The position numbers were made by a program, and so were the translations under genes. This document shows, piece after piece, positions 1 through 7,582 of a stretch of DNA of 12,938 bases. The notes beneath the pieces are model-generated. The model was given only the letters and a program-made list of their open reading frames with translations. It was not told the origin of the DNA and did not search any database. This DNA is from Candidatus Hodarchaeota archaeon (GTDB lineage: Archaea > Asgardarchaeota > Heimdallarchaeia > Hodarchaeales > Hodarchaeaceae): NCBI GenBank assembly GCA_016840035.1, contig JAEOTC010000204.1:1-12938 (forward strand), given 5' to 3'. The stretch's first letter is position 1. Each line of letters starts with the position of its first letter.

Positions 1-1
1 A

Positions 2-55
2 AGAAAATTTATATTTGAGTATGCATATGCTCTATATAAGAAAGGAAAGGCTTAA
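2..55 (+). CDS. Possible 3' end of a gene entering from the left edge (…RKFIFEYAYALYKKGKA*)
   Basis: Frame is open from position 2 to TAA at 53-55 and is followed by a pyrimidine-rich stretch and T10 tract. Too short to identify. Confidence 0.35.
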   Translation, partial: RKFIFEYAYALYKKGKA

Positions 56-89
56 TTCGTTATACTCCCCCTTCATGATTAACGCAAAT

Positions 90-126
90 CCGCCTTCCTT
101 TCACCTTTTCTCAAAATTTTTTTTTT
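90..126 (+). terminator. Putative archaeal oligo-T terminator
   Basis: Pyrimidine-rich stretch ending in T10 (117-126), downstream of the putative + strand stop at 55. Confidence 0.35.
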
Positions 127-279
127 CTAAGTGCTTACTAAGAAATGAATTATATCCCTCTTCTCCATCATAGTCGATATGCAATTCATGAATTTCCAAG
201 AATTACTTCAATTCGGATATGAATGGATCAGTCGTTCTCTAGATTTGCTTCCGATTTCAAAGCAGAATATCGAATTATT

Positions 280-972
280 TTATTCTGCACTTAATCCTAT
301 CAAGAAGTTCATTATCGAATTCGCATTCTCTGCACTTTCTTTCTGAATACCACAATTATCACAAACTGAATATTCTAATTGGTGTTTTTTGCCCCAATAT
401 CGAATATTGTATTTGCCATTCAAAAAGAGACCTCCACATTCACACTTATCATCGGGATTCTCTAGAAAAGTAGTTTCCATCTGTCTTATTTGCCCAATGG
501 CTTTCCGTAAATATATCGTAGGATTCCCGATATTATGAATAGAGGGATCTATCCGAGTTTCCAAGAATGTCAATTTCTCAATATTCGTGTAGCTCTCTAA
601 ATATTTTGGATTTAAAAATGACGGAGTAAAAATTCCACTTGTAACGAAAACAAGATGAATTTTTTCCGCTCCTGATTTGTTTAAAGTGGAGATGCTTTCA
701 GTAAATGTTAGATCATCGGGGAAATGTGCTATTAACTCATCGCTCTGAATTACTTTAACGAAAGTTTTTCTACTCTCTGAATCGAGAGATAAAATATCCG
801 CTGTTTCTTCATTAATAAGAGGAAGAACGGGTTTAATATCGTTCCGTGCAGCGAGGGGGGTTTCGGTTCGAGAATGTGCATGATGTGCAATTCGGTGTCC
901 ATTATTTTTTAGATAAGATATGATAACTCTCAAATGCCAAACACGTTTCTTATCTGTTCTAGTGTGACTCAT
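280..972 (-). CDS. Hypothetical protein: possible degenerate restriction-endonuclease-like N-terminal domain plus C-terminal YgiT/MqsA-type zinc ribbon
   Basis: 230 aa ORF. C177-E-C179-GG … C204-DN-C207-G followed by a short helix (SAENANSIMNFL) matches the YgiT-type zinc finger layout. N-terminal YLKNNGHRI … ADIL … FVKV recalls the PD-(D/E)xK pattern. Confidence 0.6.
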   Translation of the reverse strand: MSHTRTDKKRVWHLRVIISYLKNNGHRIAHHAHSRTETPLAARNDIKPVLPLINEETADILSLDSESRKTFVKVIQSDELIAHFPDDLTFTESISTLNKSGAEKIHLVFVTSGIFTPSFLNPKYLESYTNIEKLTFLETRIDPSIHNIGNPTIYLRKAIGQIRQMETTFLENPDDKCECGGLFLNGKYNIRYWGKKHQLEYSVCDNCGIQKESAENANSIMNFLIGLSAE

Positions 973-1086
973 TTGATTCCTTTCCGAATATTAATTATGG
1001 GTAGTAAGATGATAGTTTGATTTAAGGTCAACAGAGACAGTTTATAAAATAAGTGTAATTCCTAATCTTTAATTCAGTTTGATTAA

Positions 1087-1099
1087 TTTTAATATAAAA
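1087..1099 (+). promoter_or_regulatory. Candidate TATA box for the ATP-grasp gene
   Basis: TTTTAATATAAAA lies about 16-28 nt upstream of ATG 1115 in a divergent intergenic region. The AT-rich background makes this weak. Confidence 0.25.
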
Positions 1100-1114
1100 C
1101 CAGAGAAATGAATA

Positions 1115-2281
1115 ATGACCCCTTCAAATTCTCCACTCCGAATATTAATTTTAGGACGAGAAACTGGCCCCCTTGCACACCTACTAAGGCGTTGTGTAGC
1201 AAATGTCAAGATTGGCACAGTAGATTACCTTGGTAATATGGAGACAAGAGAATTTTCTGATTGGAAGTTTTCTCTTTTAAAACAAACCCCTGAAAAGTCA
1301 ATGGATAGAAAAAGTAGGAGACACTTTGTCGAACTACTTCTCGAACTCTCAAAGGTTATACTTGAAGAGAGAGAATTTGATCAAATAATACCTTTGGCCC
1401 CGCTTCATAGATTTCCAGAACTTGTTGAGGAACTCAGAAACATATGTGAAATTCCAATAACCACACAAAATTCCCTAGAAGTTACATCCTCAAATATTAT
1501 TTTTGTTAAACAATTGATTGAGCTTTATTCTAATTTTGATTCTTATTTTAATATAATTTCAGTTAAAGAAAATTTAGAGGAATTTAAAGAAGGACTGATT
1601 ATCTCCGATAATAACAGTGATTTTATCAGAACTGAAACTATACCTGTTAATTTAGAAAAATCCATATCAAAAGCATATTTTCTCCCTTTTACCGAAGTAT
1701 ATTGTGCAGGATTTTTTTCAAATTATGACTCCATCAGTTTTCTTGGAGTTCAAACTTTAAAGCCACCAGAAGGACATAAATTCATTGGGGAGAACTTAGA
1801 AAGGAACGCATATCATCCCTTCATCGGTAGCTCTTCCCAGGTTAAAAAAATCTCTGGTTTAAGTGAGATTATCAAAAAATTTGACCTTAATGGTTTCATT
1901 ACTCTATTCTTTGGGATCAGGGATAAAAAAATTATTCCTTTTTCTTGTAACACTTTCCCCGATGAGAATATTGACTTGTGGATGAAGAAAATGGATTACA
2001 CCTTAGTCCCATCCTTATTTGAAAGGCCAAAAAACATGAAGAACTTCTCTTTAGATCCTTTATTTGCATTTAAAATTCCAATTTATTCCCCAAAGGTGAT
2101 TCCAGTACCCACTATACCCCAAAGTTTAGCAACTCAACGAAATTTGCCAGGAGTACTCTCTCATCATAACCACCCAGTATGCGCGATTGTTGGGACAGCG
2201 AAATTGTACCAAAATATAGAAAATCTGATGTTTGAGAAAAAAGAGAGTCTTAATAGGATTCTAAAAACCGTTAGTCTGTAA
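1115..2281 (+). CDS. COG2232-type ATP-grasp superfamily protein, degenerate active site
   Basis: N-terminus RILILGRETGPLA…VDYLGNME…FSLLKQTPEKS and C-terminus KIPIYSP…VP…PG…HPVCAIVG match the remembered archaeal COG2232 pattern (ILVVG.NTRP.A…VDYFGD.D; K.ILYAP…PG…GEPVCTV). The E-x-N-P-R motif reads SCNTFP. Confidence 0.7.
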   Translation: MTPSNSPLRILILGRETGPLAHLLRRCVANVKIGTVDYLGNMETREFSDWKFSLLKQTPEKSMDRKSRRHFVELLLELSKVILEEREFDQIIPLAPLHRFPELVEELRNICEIPITTQNSLEVTSSNIIFVKQLIELYSNFDSYFNIISVKENLEEFKEGLIISDNNSDFIRTETIPVNLEKSISKAYFLPFTEVYCAGFFSNYDSISFLGVQTLKPPEGHKFIGENLERNAYHPFIGSSSQVKKISGLSEIIKKFDLNGFITLFFGIRDKKIIPFSCNTFPDENIDLWMKKMDYTLVPSLFERPKNMKNFSLDPLFAFKIPIYSPKVIPVPTIPQSLATQRNLPGVLSHHNHPVCAIVGTAKLYQNIENLMFEKKESLNRILKTVSL

Positions 2282-2678
2282 ATGCGTTTTCTAATTCAGA
2301 TTTTAAATATTTTAAAAGAGATTTTTGAGACTCAGTTTTCTTACGGATATCTAGCCAGACGGGAGTATAAAGACCGAGCTCAATTGCTTGCAAAAGATCT
2401 TTCTCAGTTTGCTCAATTTTTTCAATAAAACGCGAATAAATTCGTGAGACATTATTTTCGTGCGAAATTCCTAAAGCAGTAGCTAATTCGGCATTCTTCT
2501 GATTTTCCAAAACTTTTCCTTTGGCAATTTCCCATTCAATTTCGCGTATAGGAGTCATTTGCTCTTCAACTGTCAATTTTCGAAAGTGTTTGTAAATTTT
2601 TTTGGAATTACAAGAAATGGGTTTCCTATTTCCTTTAACATAACTGACTTTTAAATATACTAATATTGGTGCAATCAC
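2271..2678 (-). CDS. Small sigma70 region-4-like helix-turn-helix protein (true start probably TTG 2576 or ATG 2558)
   Basis: MTPIREIEWEIAKGKVLENQKNAELATALGISHENNVSRIYSRFIEKI fits the LT.RE.EI…EIA..LGIS…VSR…R…KL consensus, followed by a helical C-terminal extension. The first ~35 codons from GTG 2678 look non-coding. Overlaps the convergent ATP-grasp gene by 11 bp. Confidence 0.6.
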   Translation of the reverse strand: MIAPILVYLKVSYVKGNRKPISCNSKKIYKHFRKLTVEEQMTPIREIEWEIAKGKVLENQKNAELATALGISHENNVSRIYSRFIEKIEQTEKDLLQAIELGLYTPVWLDIRKKTESQKSLLKYLKSELENAFTD

Positions 2679-2997
2679 TATTGGATATGATATTTGGGCT
2701 AAAATGAATATTAGAGCTACTTATAATCAGTTTAATTGAGAATCTTGCACTGATCATTATTTTTCCTAACTTTAACTGGTTTAATAGTTATATTTTTACC
2801 TTCTAGGGATTTAATCATAATTTAAAGGAATTTCTTTACCAACCTCACCAAAAGAATGGCAATCATTTAGAAAACAATTTGTATTCCTCAGGAGAGGTTC
2901 TTAGGAACCAAAAAAAAGCACTAATAAGCAATTAAATGCAAAATAATAAGGAAATATTTAATAAACTGAATAAGTCGGGGGCCCTCAGTGAGTAAAT

Positions 2998-3402
2998 GTG
3001 GCTGGAATGGAAATATCTCAAACATCTGCTAAAGATATGTTCAAAAAATGCAGTCCTGAACTAGCATTTCGTTTTATTGGAAATCAGGGAAGGACAATTG
3101 CAACAATAACGAATTTGTCGGAATTAATCTCTACTTTATCAGAAATACCAGCGATGATTGCTCAATTTCACGTTTTTAGAGAAACTACTCAAGATATTTT
3201 TGAGCCTCAACAACTAGATGGTCCAGTTGTTCGTTCAGATCTGGCATTATGGATTAACTATGTTTTAGGTGATTTAGAACTTTCCCGCAGGATTTATGAA
3301 TTAGGAAGGACTGAAAAAAATGCAGAAAAATTAAAAACAAAGTTAATACTACTTTTAAAAGAACGAGAAAAGGAATTAATTGAATTTATTCGTTCTTCAT
3401 AG
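2998..3402 (+). CDS. DUF5752-family protein (start GTG 2998 or ATG 3007)
   Basis: AFRF…ITNLSEL…L..IP…FH…SDLALWINYVLGDLELSRRI matches the DUF5752 pattern F.F…A.NL.EL…YH…NDFA.W….L.D..LA..L. Confidence 0.7.
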   Translation: MAGMEISQTSAKDMFKKCSPELAFRFIGNQGRTIATITNLSELISTLSEIPAMIAQFHVFRETTQDIFEPQQLDGPVVRSDLALWINYVLGDLELSRRIYELGRTEKNAEKLKTKLILLLKEREKELIEFIRSS

Positions 3403-3502
3403 CCTTTGAGAATTTTTACGGTCATTGTTTTTCTTCTAATAACTTTCAAAAACCAACGGATTTTTTTGATCTATCAGTAGTGATCAATATTACGGTGTCT
3501 AT

Positions 3503-4741
3503 ATGTCTTTTATTCGACGAATCCTAGGTGTAGATCCTCAAACAAATTTTGAAAAGGGAAAGGATGCATTTGAAAAGAATAATTTCAAATCTGCATATAA
3601 GTTATTTCATAAATCTTATCAACAATTCGATACAGAAGAAATGAAGCTACTTGCTCTTGATAATGCTGCTTTATCTGCAGAAAAAGCAAAAATGTATGAT
3701 AATGCTACCGAATTATACTATCAACAAATTTTAAGGGTTACAGCTGACGGTAAACCAAATAGAGAGATTTTTCAAAGCATTGAACGTACACTCCAGATGA
3801 TTCGTTCAAGTAAAAAGCCCAAGATAGCTGCAAATGAAGTAAAATATCTGCAATTCTTGATTTATCTCTCAGAGAAAGATTTTAATAAATTAACTACCAT
3901 TTATGACACAAATAAACGAAGTTTAACGGATTCCTATGGGAAAGCAATAGAATTAGCGTGGAAGCTTATCCATTCTTCAGAAACATTCTTAGAACATGAA
4001 CCGTTACCCACTATTACTATCCCTGATGAATTCGCAAAAATCAAGAAGAAAGCAGAAGAAATCATGCAAAGATGTTCTCTTTGTCAGTCAGAGTTATTCA
4101 TTAGTGATGCGAATCAAATAATCGAAAAAGGCTCAGAGTTTCTTTTAACAGCAACCCTTACAGCACATGCACCAGTTTCAGTAAACACAATCTTTTTGAA
4201 AACTGGATCTCAGGGAAGGCTCATCTCAACTACTACCCCAGAATTACCCCTGAATCTTAGTACAGGGGAGAATTATACAATTAACTTCTCACTCATCCCT
4301 AATTTGCCTGGAAAGTGGAGTATTGGCCCTCTAAATTTGAGTTATGAAATACCAAACGAAGATGGTGATTATCCAAGTAGTTCAAATATTTATACTATTG
4401 AAGCAAAAGATGCAGAACCCGCTTTAGATTTAAGAATGGAATCTGAGACACTTGAAGAGGATCACGAATATATTGTCTCTGTGATCGCAGAAAATATCGG
4501 GAAAATCTCATTGCAAGATCTACAAATAAAAATTGAACTTCCTGAAGGAGTAACTATCGCTCAAGGAACAGAGGAAAAATTTATCAGCTCTCTTGCTGAA
4601 GGAGAAACCTTTTCATTTGAGATTTCATTTAAATTTGATCTAGAAAAAACTCATTTCGATGGTCGAGTAATTAGATCTCAATGTTTCATAGGAGATCAAC
4701 ATAGATTAGCAAAAAGTTCAATAAAACTTGGTGGAAAATAG
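3503..4741 (+). CDS. Cytoplasmic TPR/alpha-solenoid protein with two C-terminal Ig-like (BatD/CARDB/NEW3-like) beta-sandwich domains
   Basis: N-terminal TPR pattern FEKGKDAFEKNNFKSAYKLFHKS / ALDNAALSAEKAKMYDNATELY. C-terminal repeats LSTGENYTINFSLIP..PGKWSIGP..LSY and ENIG..LQDLQIKIELPEG…LAEGETFSFEI. No signal peptide or TM helix. Confidence 0.7.
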   Translation: MSFIRRILGVDPQTNFEKGKDAFEKNNFKSAYKLFHKSYQQFDTEEMKLLALDNAALSAEKAKMYDNATELYYQQILRVTADGKPNREIFQSIERTLQMIRSSKKPKIAANEVKYLQFLIYLSEKDFNKLTTIYDTNKRSLTDSYGKAIELAWKLIHSSETFLEHEPLPTITIPDEFAKIKKKAEEIMQRCSLCQSELFISDANQIIEKGSEFLLTATLTAHAPVSVNTIFLKTGSQGRLISTTTPELPLNLSTGENYTINFSLIPNLPGKWSIGPLNLSYEIPNEDGDYPSSSNIYTIEAKDAEPALDLRMESETLEEDHEYIVSVIAENIGKISLQDLQIKIELPEGVTIAQGTEEKFISSLAEGETFSFEISFKFDLEKTHFDGRVIRSQCFIGDQHRLAKSSIKLGGK

Positions 4742-4757
4742 AGAAATTTCTCTGAAT

Positions 4758-4785
4758 GGGGGAAAGGGGACTCTAAAAAAAGGGA
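4758..4785 (-). terminator. Putative oligo-T terminator of the minus-strand HTH gene
   Basis: Minus strand reads TCCCTTTTTTTAGAGTCCCCTTTCCCCC just after the stop at 4797, between convergent genes. Confidence 0.4.
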
Positions 4786-4796
4786 CTGATTTTTGC

Positions 4797-5066
4797 TTAC
4801 AGAACTTTCCTGAACGAGTACATTTCTCCCTTTATCTTGTTGATGTTAGCACAATACAATGTCTGCCTCATATCACTTAGACATGGGCGTTTTTCAACGT
4901 ATTCGTCATCTAACAGTCTTTTTAACGCATATCGCACACTCCTTGTCGAGCAAGAAACACGTGCGACGATTTCCTTTGAACTAACGGGCCCCTCTTCAAG
5001 AATTACACTGTATACCTTCTTACACGAGTTTGGAAGTTGTACTTCTTCAAGAGTGGTCTTTGTCAT
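4797..5066 (-). CDS. Small archaeal winged-helix (MarR/Lrp-like HTH) transcriptional regulator
   Basis: LPNSCKKVYSVILEEGPVSSKEI…RSVRYALKRL….VEKR….DMRQTLY matches the widespread archaeal family LPPSAKLV…L…GPLTQKEI…RTVRYAL.RL…DARQ.LY. Confidence 0.85.
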   Translation of the reverse strand: MTKTTLEEVQLPNSCKKVYSVILEEGPVSSKEIVARVSCSTRSVRYALKRLLDDEYVEKRPCLSDMRQTLYCANINKIKGEMYSFRKVL

Positions 5067-5185
5067 GGAATACTCATCCAGAATTTTTACAATTCCTTAT
5101 TTTTTTTTGACCTCATTTTAGTTTAAATAACCTTATGATATATGCAAGAAATTTCAAAGTAAAAAGAAACACTTAGTGAAACTAT

Positions 5186-7348
5186 TTACGTTGGCCGAAG
5201 TCCTAATCGTGTAATGAACGTGGAATAGTAAGCGAAGCAATCAACAGATTCTTTCTCACCCAATGTAACCGATGAGTGTACTATTCTATTCCTAAGATTT
5301 CTAAAATGAGCAATTTTTTTCTCATTAGGTAGATCAAATCCGCGTTTTCTTAATTCCACCACCTGAGTCTGAAAATCTGCCTTAGTTTGGGAATTTATTG
5401 GACATATTTGTAAATATCTCGTTGATAATAAATTTTTCACGGCTGCATCGGCTTTTATAACGAAAAGCTCAAAGTTTTGGTTCTTGAATGCATGTCTTGC
5501 TTGATTCCATAATACTCTTACATAATTTATACTCTTAGCTGCTTGAATCGGATCCATGCTCAGAGTTGACATGGTATTTTCTTCTGAATCTTCGAAATTT
5601 TGAATTATGTATGAAATTCGATTGTACACTTGACTATAAGTCATATATGATGAGCCATTGGTAAATAATACGATTAACAACAACAAGATCGTTGGGATTG
5701 CCAAAAACAGAATCAAGGCAGTCAGATTTGTAAAATATATTGGTAAAAATTGAATAGAAAAGAAGAAATATGATAAAATATTTATTGCGTCAAATACAAA
5801 TAAACCAATCAGAATATATATTCCCCACTCATATTTACGGTTAATACGCTTTGAAAAAACCAACGTTTCATTTTCTGAAGACTCGACAAAATTAAGAATG
5901 GCATATGTTCGAAATGGTATACTGGCGATATGAATCAAAATAGAGTCGTTTGGTACCTCTTTAATGTTATATATTCCTCTAAAACTATTTCGAAATATTT
6001 TGAAGGCATTTTGAATTGAGGTTGTTACAGTCCATTGATTTACCCTATACCATTTTCCTTTTGAATCAAGGTAGATCAAATAAACTGGTAATAAAATTAT
6101 TGTACATATGTTAAGCAATATTGCTAAGAAATTCCAAGTAAAAGGCTGTGGTAATTCGAATTCAATGAATATTTGGAATGTACCAACCGCGTTAGTTTCA
6201 GGAGTCACTAATAAATAGTAAATTCCCACGTCAAGGGTCTCAGAGATATTGATCTGCCCATCTCTTTTCTGTTCTTCTTCTCGTTCCGTCAATCTGGGTT
6301 TTTGAAGCCCCTCATCGTAGATCTCTATAATAGCATAATCCAATATAGTGGATGTGGTCGTATTAAACTCAAACACACGGATATTCACAATTGATCTGCT
6401 CATATTAACTCGAAATTTGAAATAATAACGCTTCCGAGGAACGTAACCTTGATCAACCTTCACAGCATATGTTTGATTATAAGGTAACTCTTGAGCTGTC
6501 TGAAAATTATATCCTGCCGATTCAGCCGTAAATGAAACATTATATTGACCAATAGGAAAACCTACTACTGCTTTATGAGTTATAACCACAAAATATGTAT
6601 CGGTTGCAGGAGCGTTCCATGAATAGGTGTAATTACTAGACAAAATCTCAAAGGGTAGAAGGATTGGATTCTGAGGGTTAAGTTCACGAAAAATTGTGAT
6701 TTGTGCATACCGAAGTACAGTTGGTGTAATTTCTCTCAGATTTATGTTTCCAACCTGATTTTCATCTAATAGTACTTTCCAATAATGACTCTCATGACTA
6801 ACTGTGAAGTTTCCCGTAATTTGGTTCTCATTAACTTGAATCGCAGAATCGAGACTATATGCTGACGAGGGTATAAACGCTAGAAGTGAGTAAGTAAGAT
6901 TTTGGGTTGGTGAGGTTCGTGTATCATTCGCAGCTATGATCCAATCCCCATCATCATGGGATACCCATGAAGCCAGGTAATCTGTAGCGCTTTCCGTACG
7001 TTCTAATATTTGAGTGAAACTTTCACCTGACGGACGGTATAGATCTATATCCATAGTGATAACACTATAAGGAGATATTGAGAGATAAACAACTTGATCT
7101 TGTTGAATATTCTCAAGTTTCCAGTAGTGAGTACTATTTTCACTCGTAAAAATGCCTTCTTGAGAAATTCCTGATTGAATAACTGTAGAATTGGTAAAAT
7201 CATTGCTCAGAGAGTGAGGTGTTAATGTCAATATAGTTACATTTCCTGTTACAGTTACTGGATATTCAGTACTATGAAGAAATGCAAGTATTACTAGTAA
7301 GAGAAGGAAATAGTACGTTTTAGACAAACATCTCACACAAAAATACAA
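5186..7348 (-). CDS. Membrane protein: signal peptide, 3 extracellular PPC-like beta repeats, 3 TM helices, C-terminal HEPN domain
   Basis: Hydrophobic N-terminus (aa 12-24). Three ~115 aa repeats (NDFTNSTVI…HYWK; YSLDSAIQV…HYWK; YNFQTAQEL…YYFKF, each with a later G/D-x-W/Y strand). 12 N-x-S/T sequons in aa 36-369. TM segments at ~405-427, ~508-530 and ~542-562. Helical C-terminus with FRNLRNRIVH (R686-x4-H691). Start is TTG, or a nearby GTG/TTG. Confidence 0.8.
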   Translation of the reverse strand: MYFCVRCLSKTYYFLLLLVILAFLHSTEYPVTVTGNVTILTLTPHSLSNDFTNSTVIQSGISQEGIFTSENSTHYWKLENIQQDQVVYLSISPYSVITMDIDLYRPSGESFTQILERTESATDYLASWVSHDDGDWIIAANDTRTSPTQNLTYSLLAFIPSSAYSLDSAIQVNENQITGNFTVSHESHYWKVLLDENQVGNINLREITPTVLRYAQITIFRELNPQNPILLPFEILSSNYTYSWNAPATDTYFVVITHKAVVGFPIGQYNVSFTAESAGYNFQTAQELPYNQTYAVKVDQGYVPRKRYYFKFRVNMSRSIVNIRVFEFNTTTSTILDYAIIEIYDEGLQKPRLTEREEEQKRDGQINISETLDVGIYYLLVTPETNAVGTFQIFIEFELPQPFTWNFLAILLNICTIILLPVYLIYLDSKGKWYRVNQWTVTTSIQNAFKIFRNSFRGIYNIKEVPNDSILIHIASIPFRTYAILNFVESSENETLVFSKRINRKYEWGIYILIGLFVFDAINILSYFFFSIQFLPIYFTNLTALILFLAIPTILLLLIVLFTNGSSYMTYSQVYNRISYIIQNFEDSEENTMSTLSMDPIQAAKSINYVRVLWNQARHAFKNQNFELFVIKADAAVKNLLSTRYLQICPINSQTKADFQTQVVELRKRGFDLPNEKKIAHFRNLRNRIVHSSVTLGEKESVDCFAYYSTFITRLGLRPT

Positions 7349-7582
7349 GTTATCTTAATATTAATTATTTACTTCTTTTTGGGGTGTAATTATTTACACA
7401 TTTGTTTAAAGAGAATGAAGGAGAAAAAATTTTCTGATAAAAACACCTACTACGAAATTTAGTGCCACAATAATTAGGTATAATATTAAAGGAATATTCG
7501 CATTTCCTGTTTTGAAGAGAGAATAATAGTTGAAAATTATCTTCTGAATATTGATGAGATACAAATATATCCAAGGATATGA

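Noticed and set aside
101-238. Minus-strand protein-like frame RTTDPFISELK*FLEIHELHIDYDGEEGYNSFLSKHLEKKNFEKR* as a pseudogene or readthrough
   Set aside because: Short, flanked by further stops, no recognisable family; cannot be distinguished from chance.
4837-5121. 94 aa + strand ORF
   Set aside because: Antisense shadow of the well-supported winged-helix gene; no recognisable motifs.
5186-5560. HEPN-MNT toxin-antitoxin or CRISPR ancillary (Csx1/Csm6) nuclease
   Set aside because: No nucleotidyltransferase, CARF domain, cas gene or repeat array in the window.
7365-7574. 69 aa minus-strand ORF
   Set aside because: AT-rich divergent intergenic region, no protein-like features.
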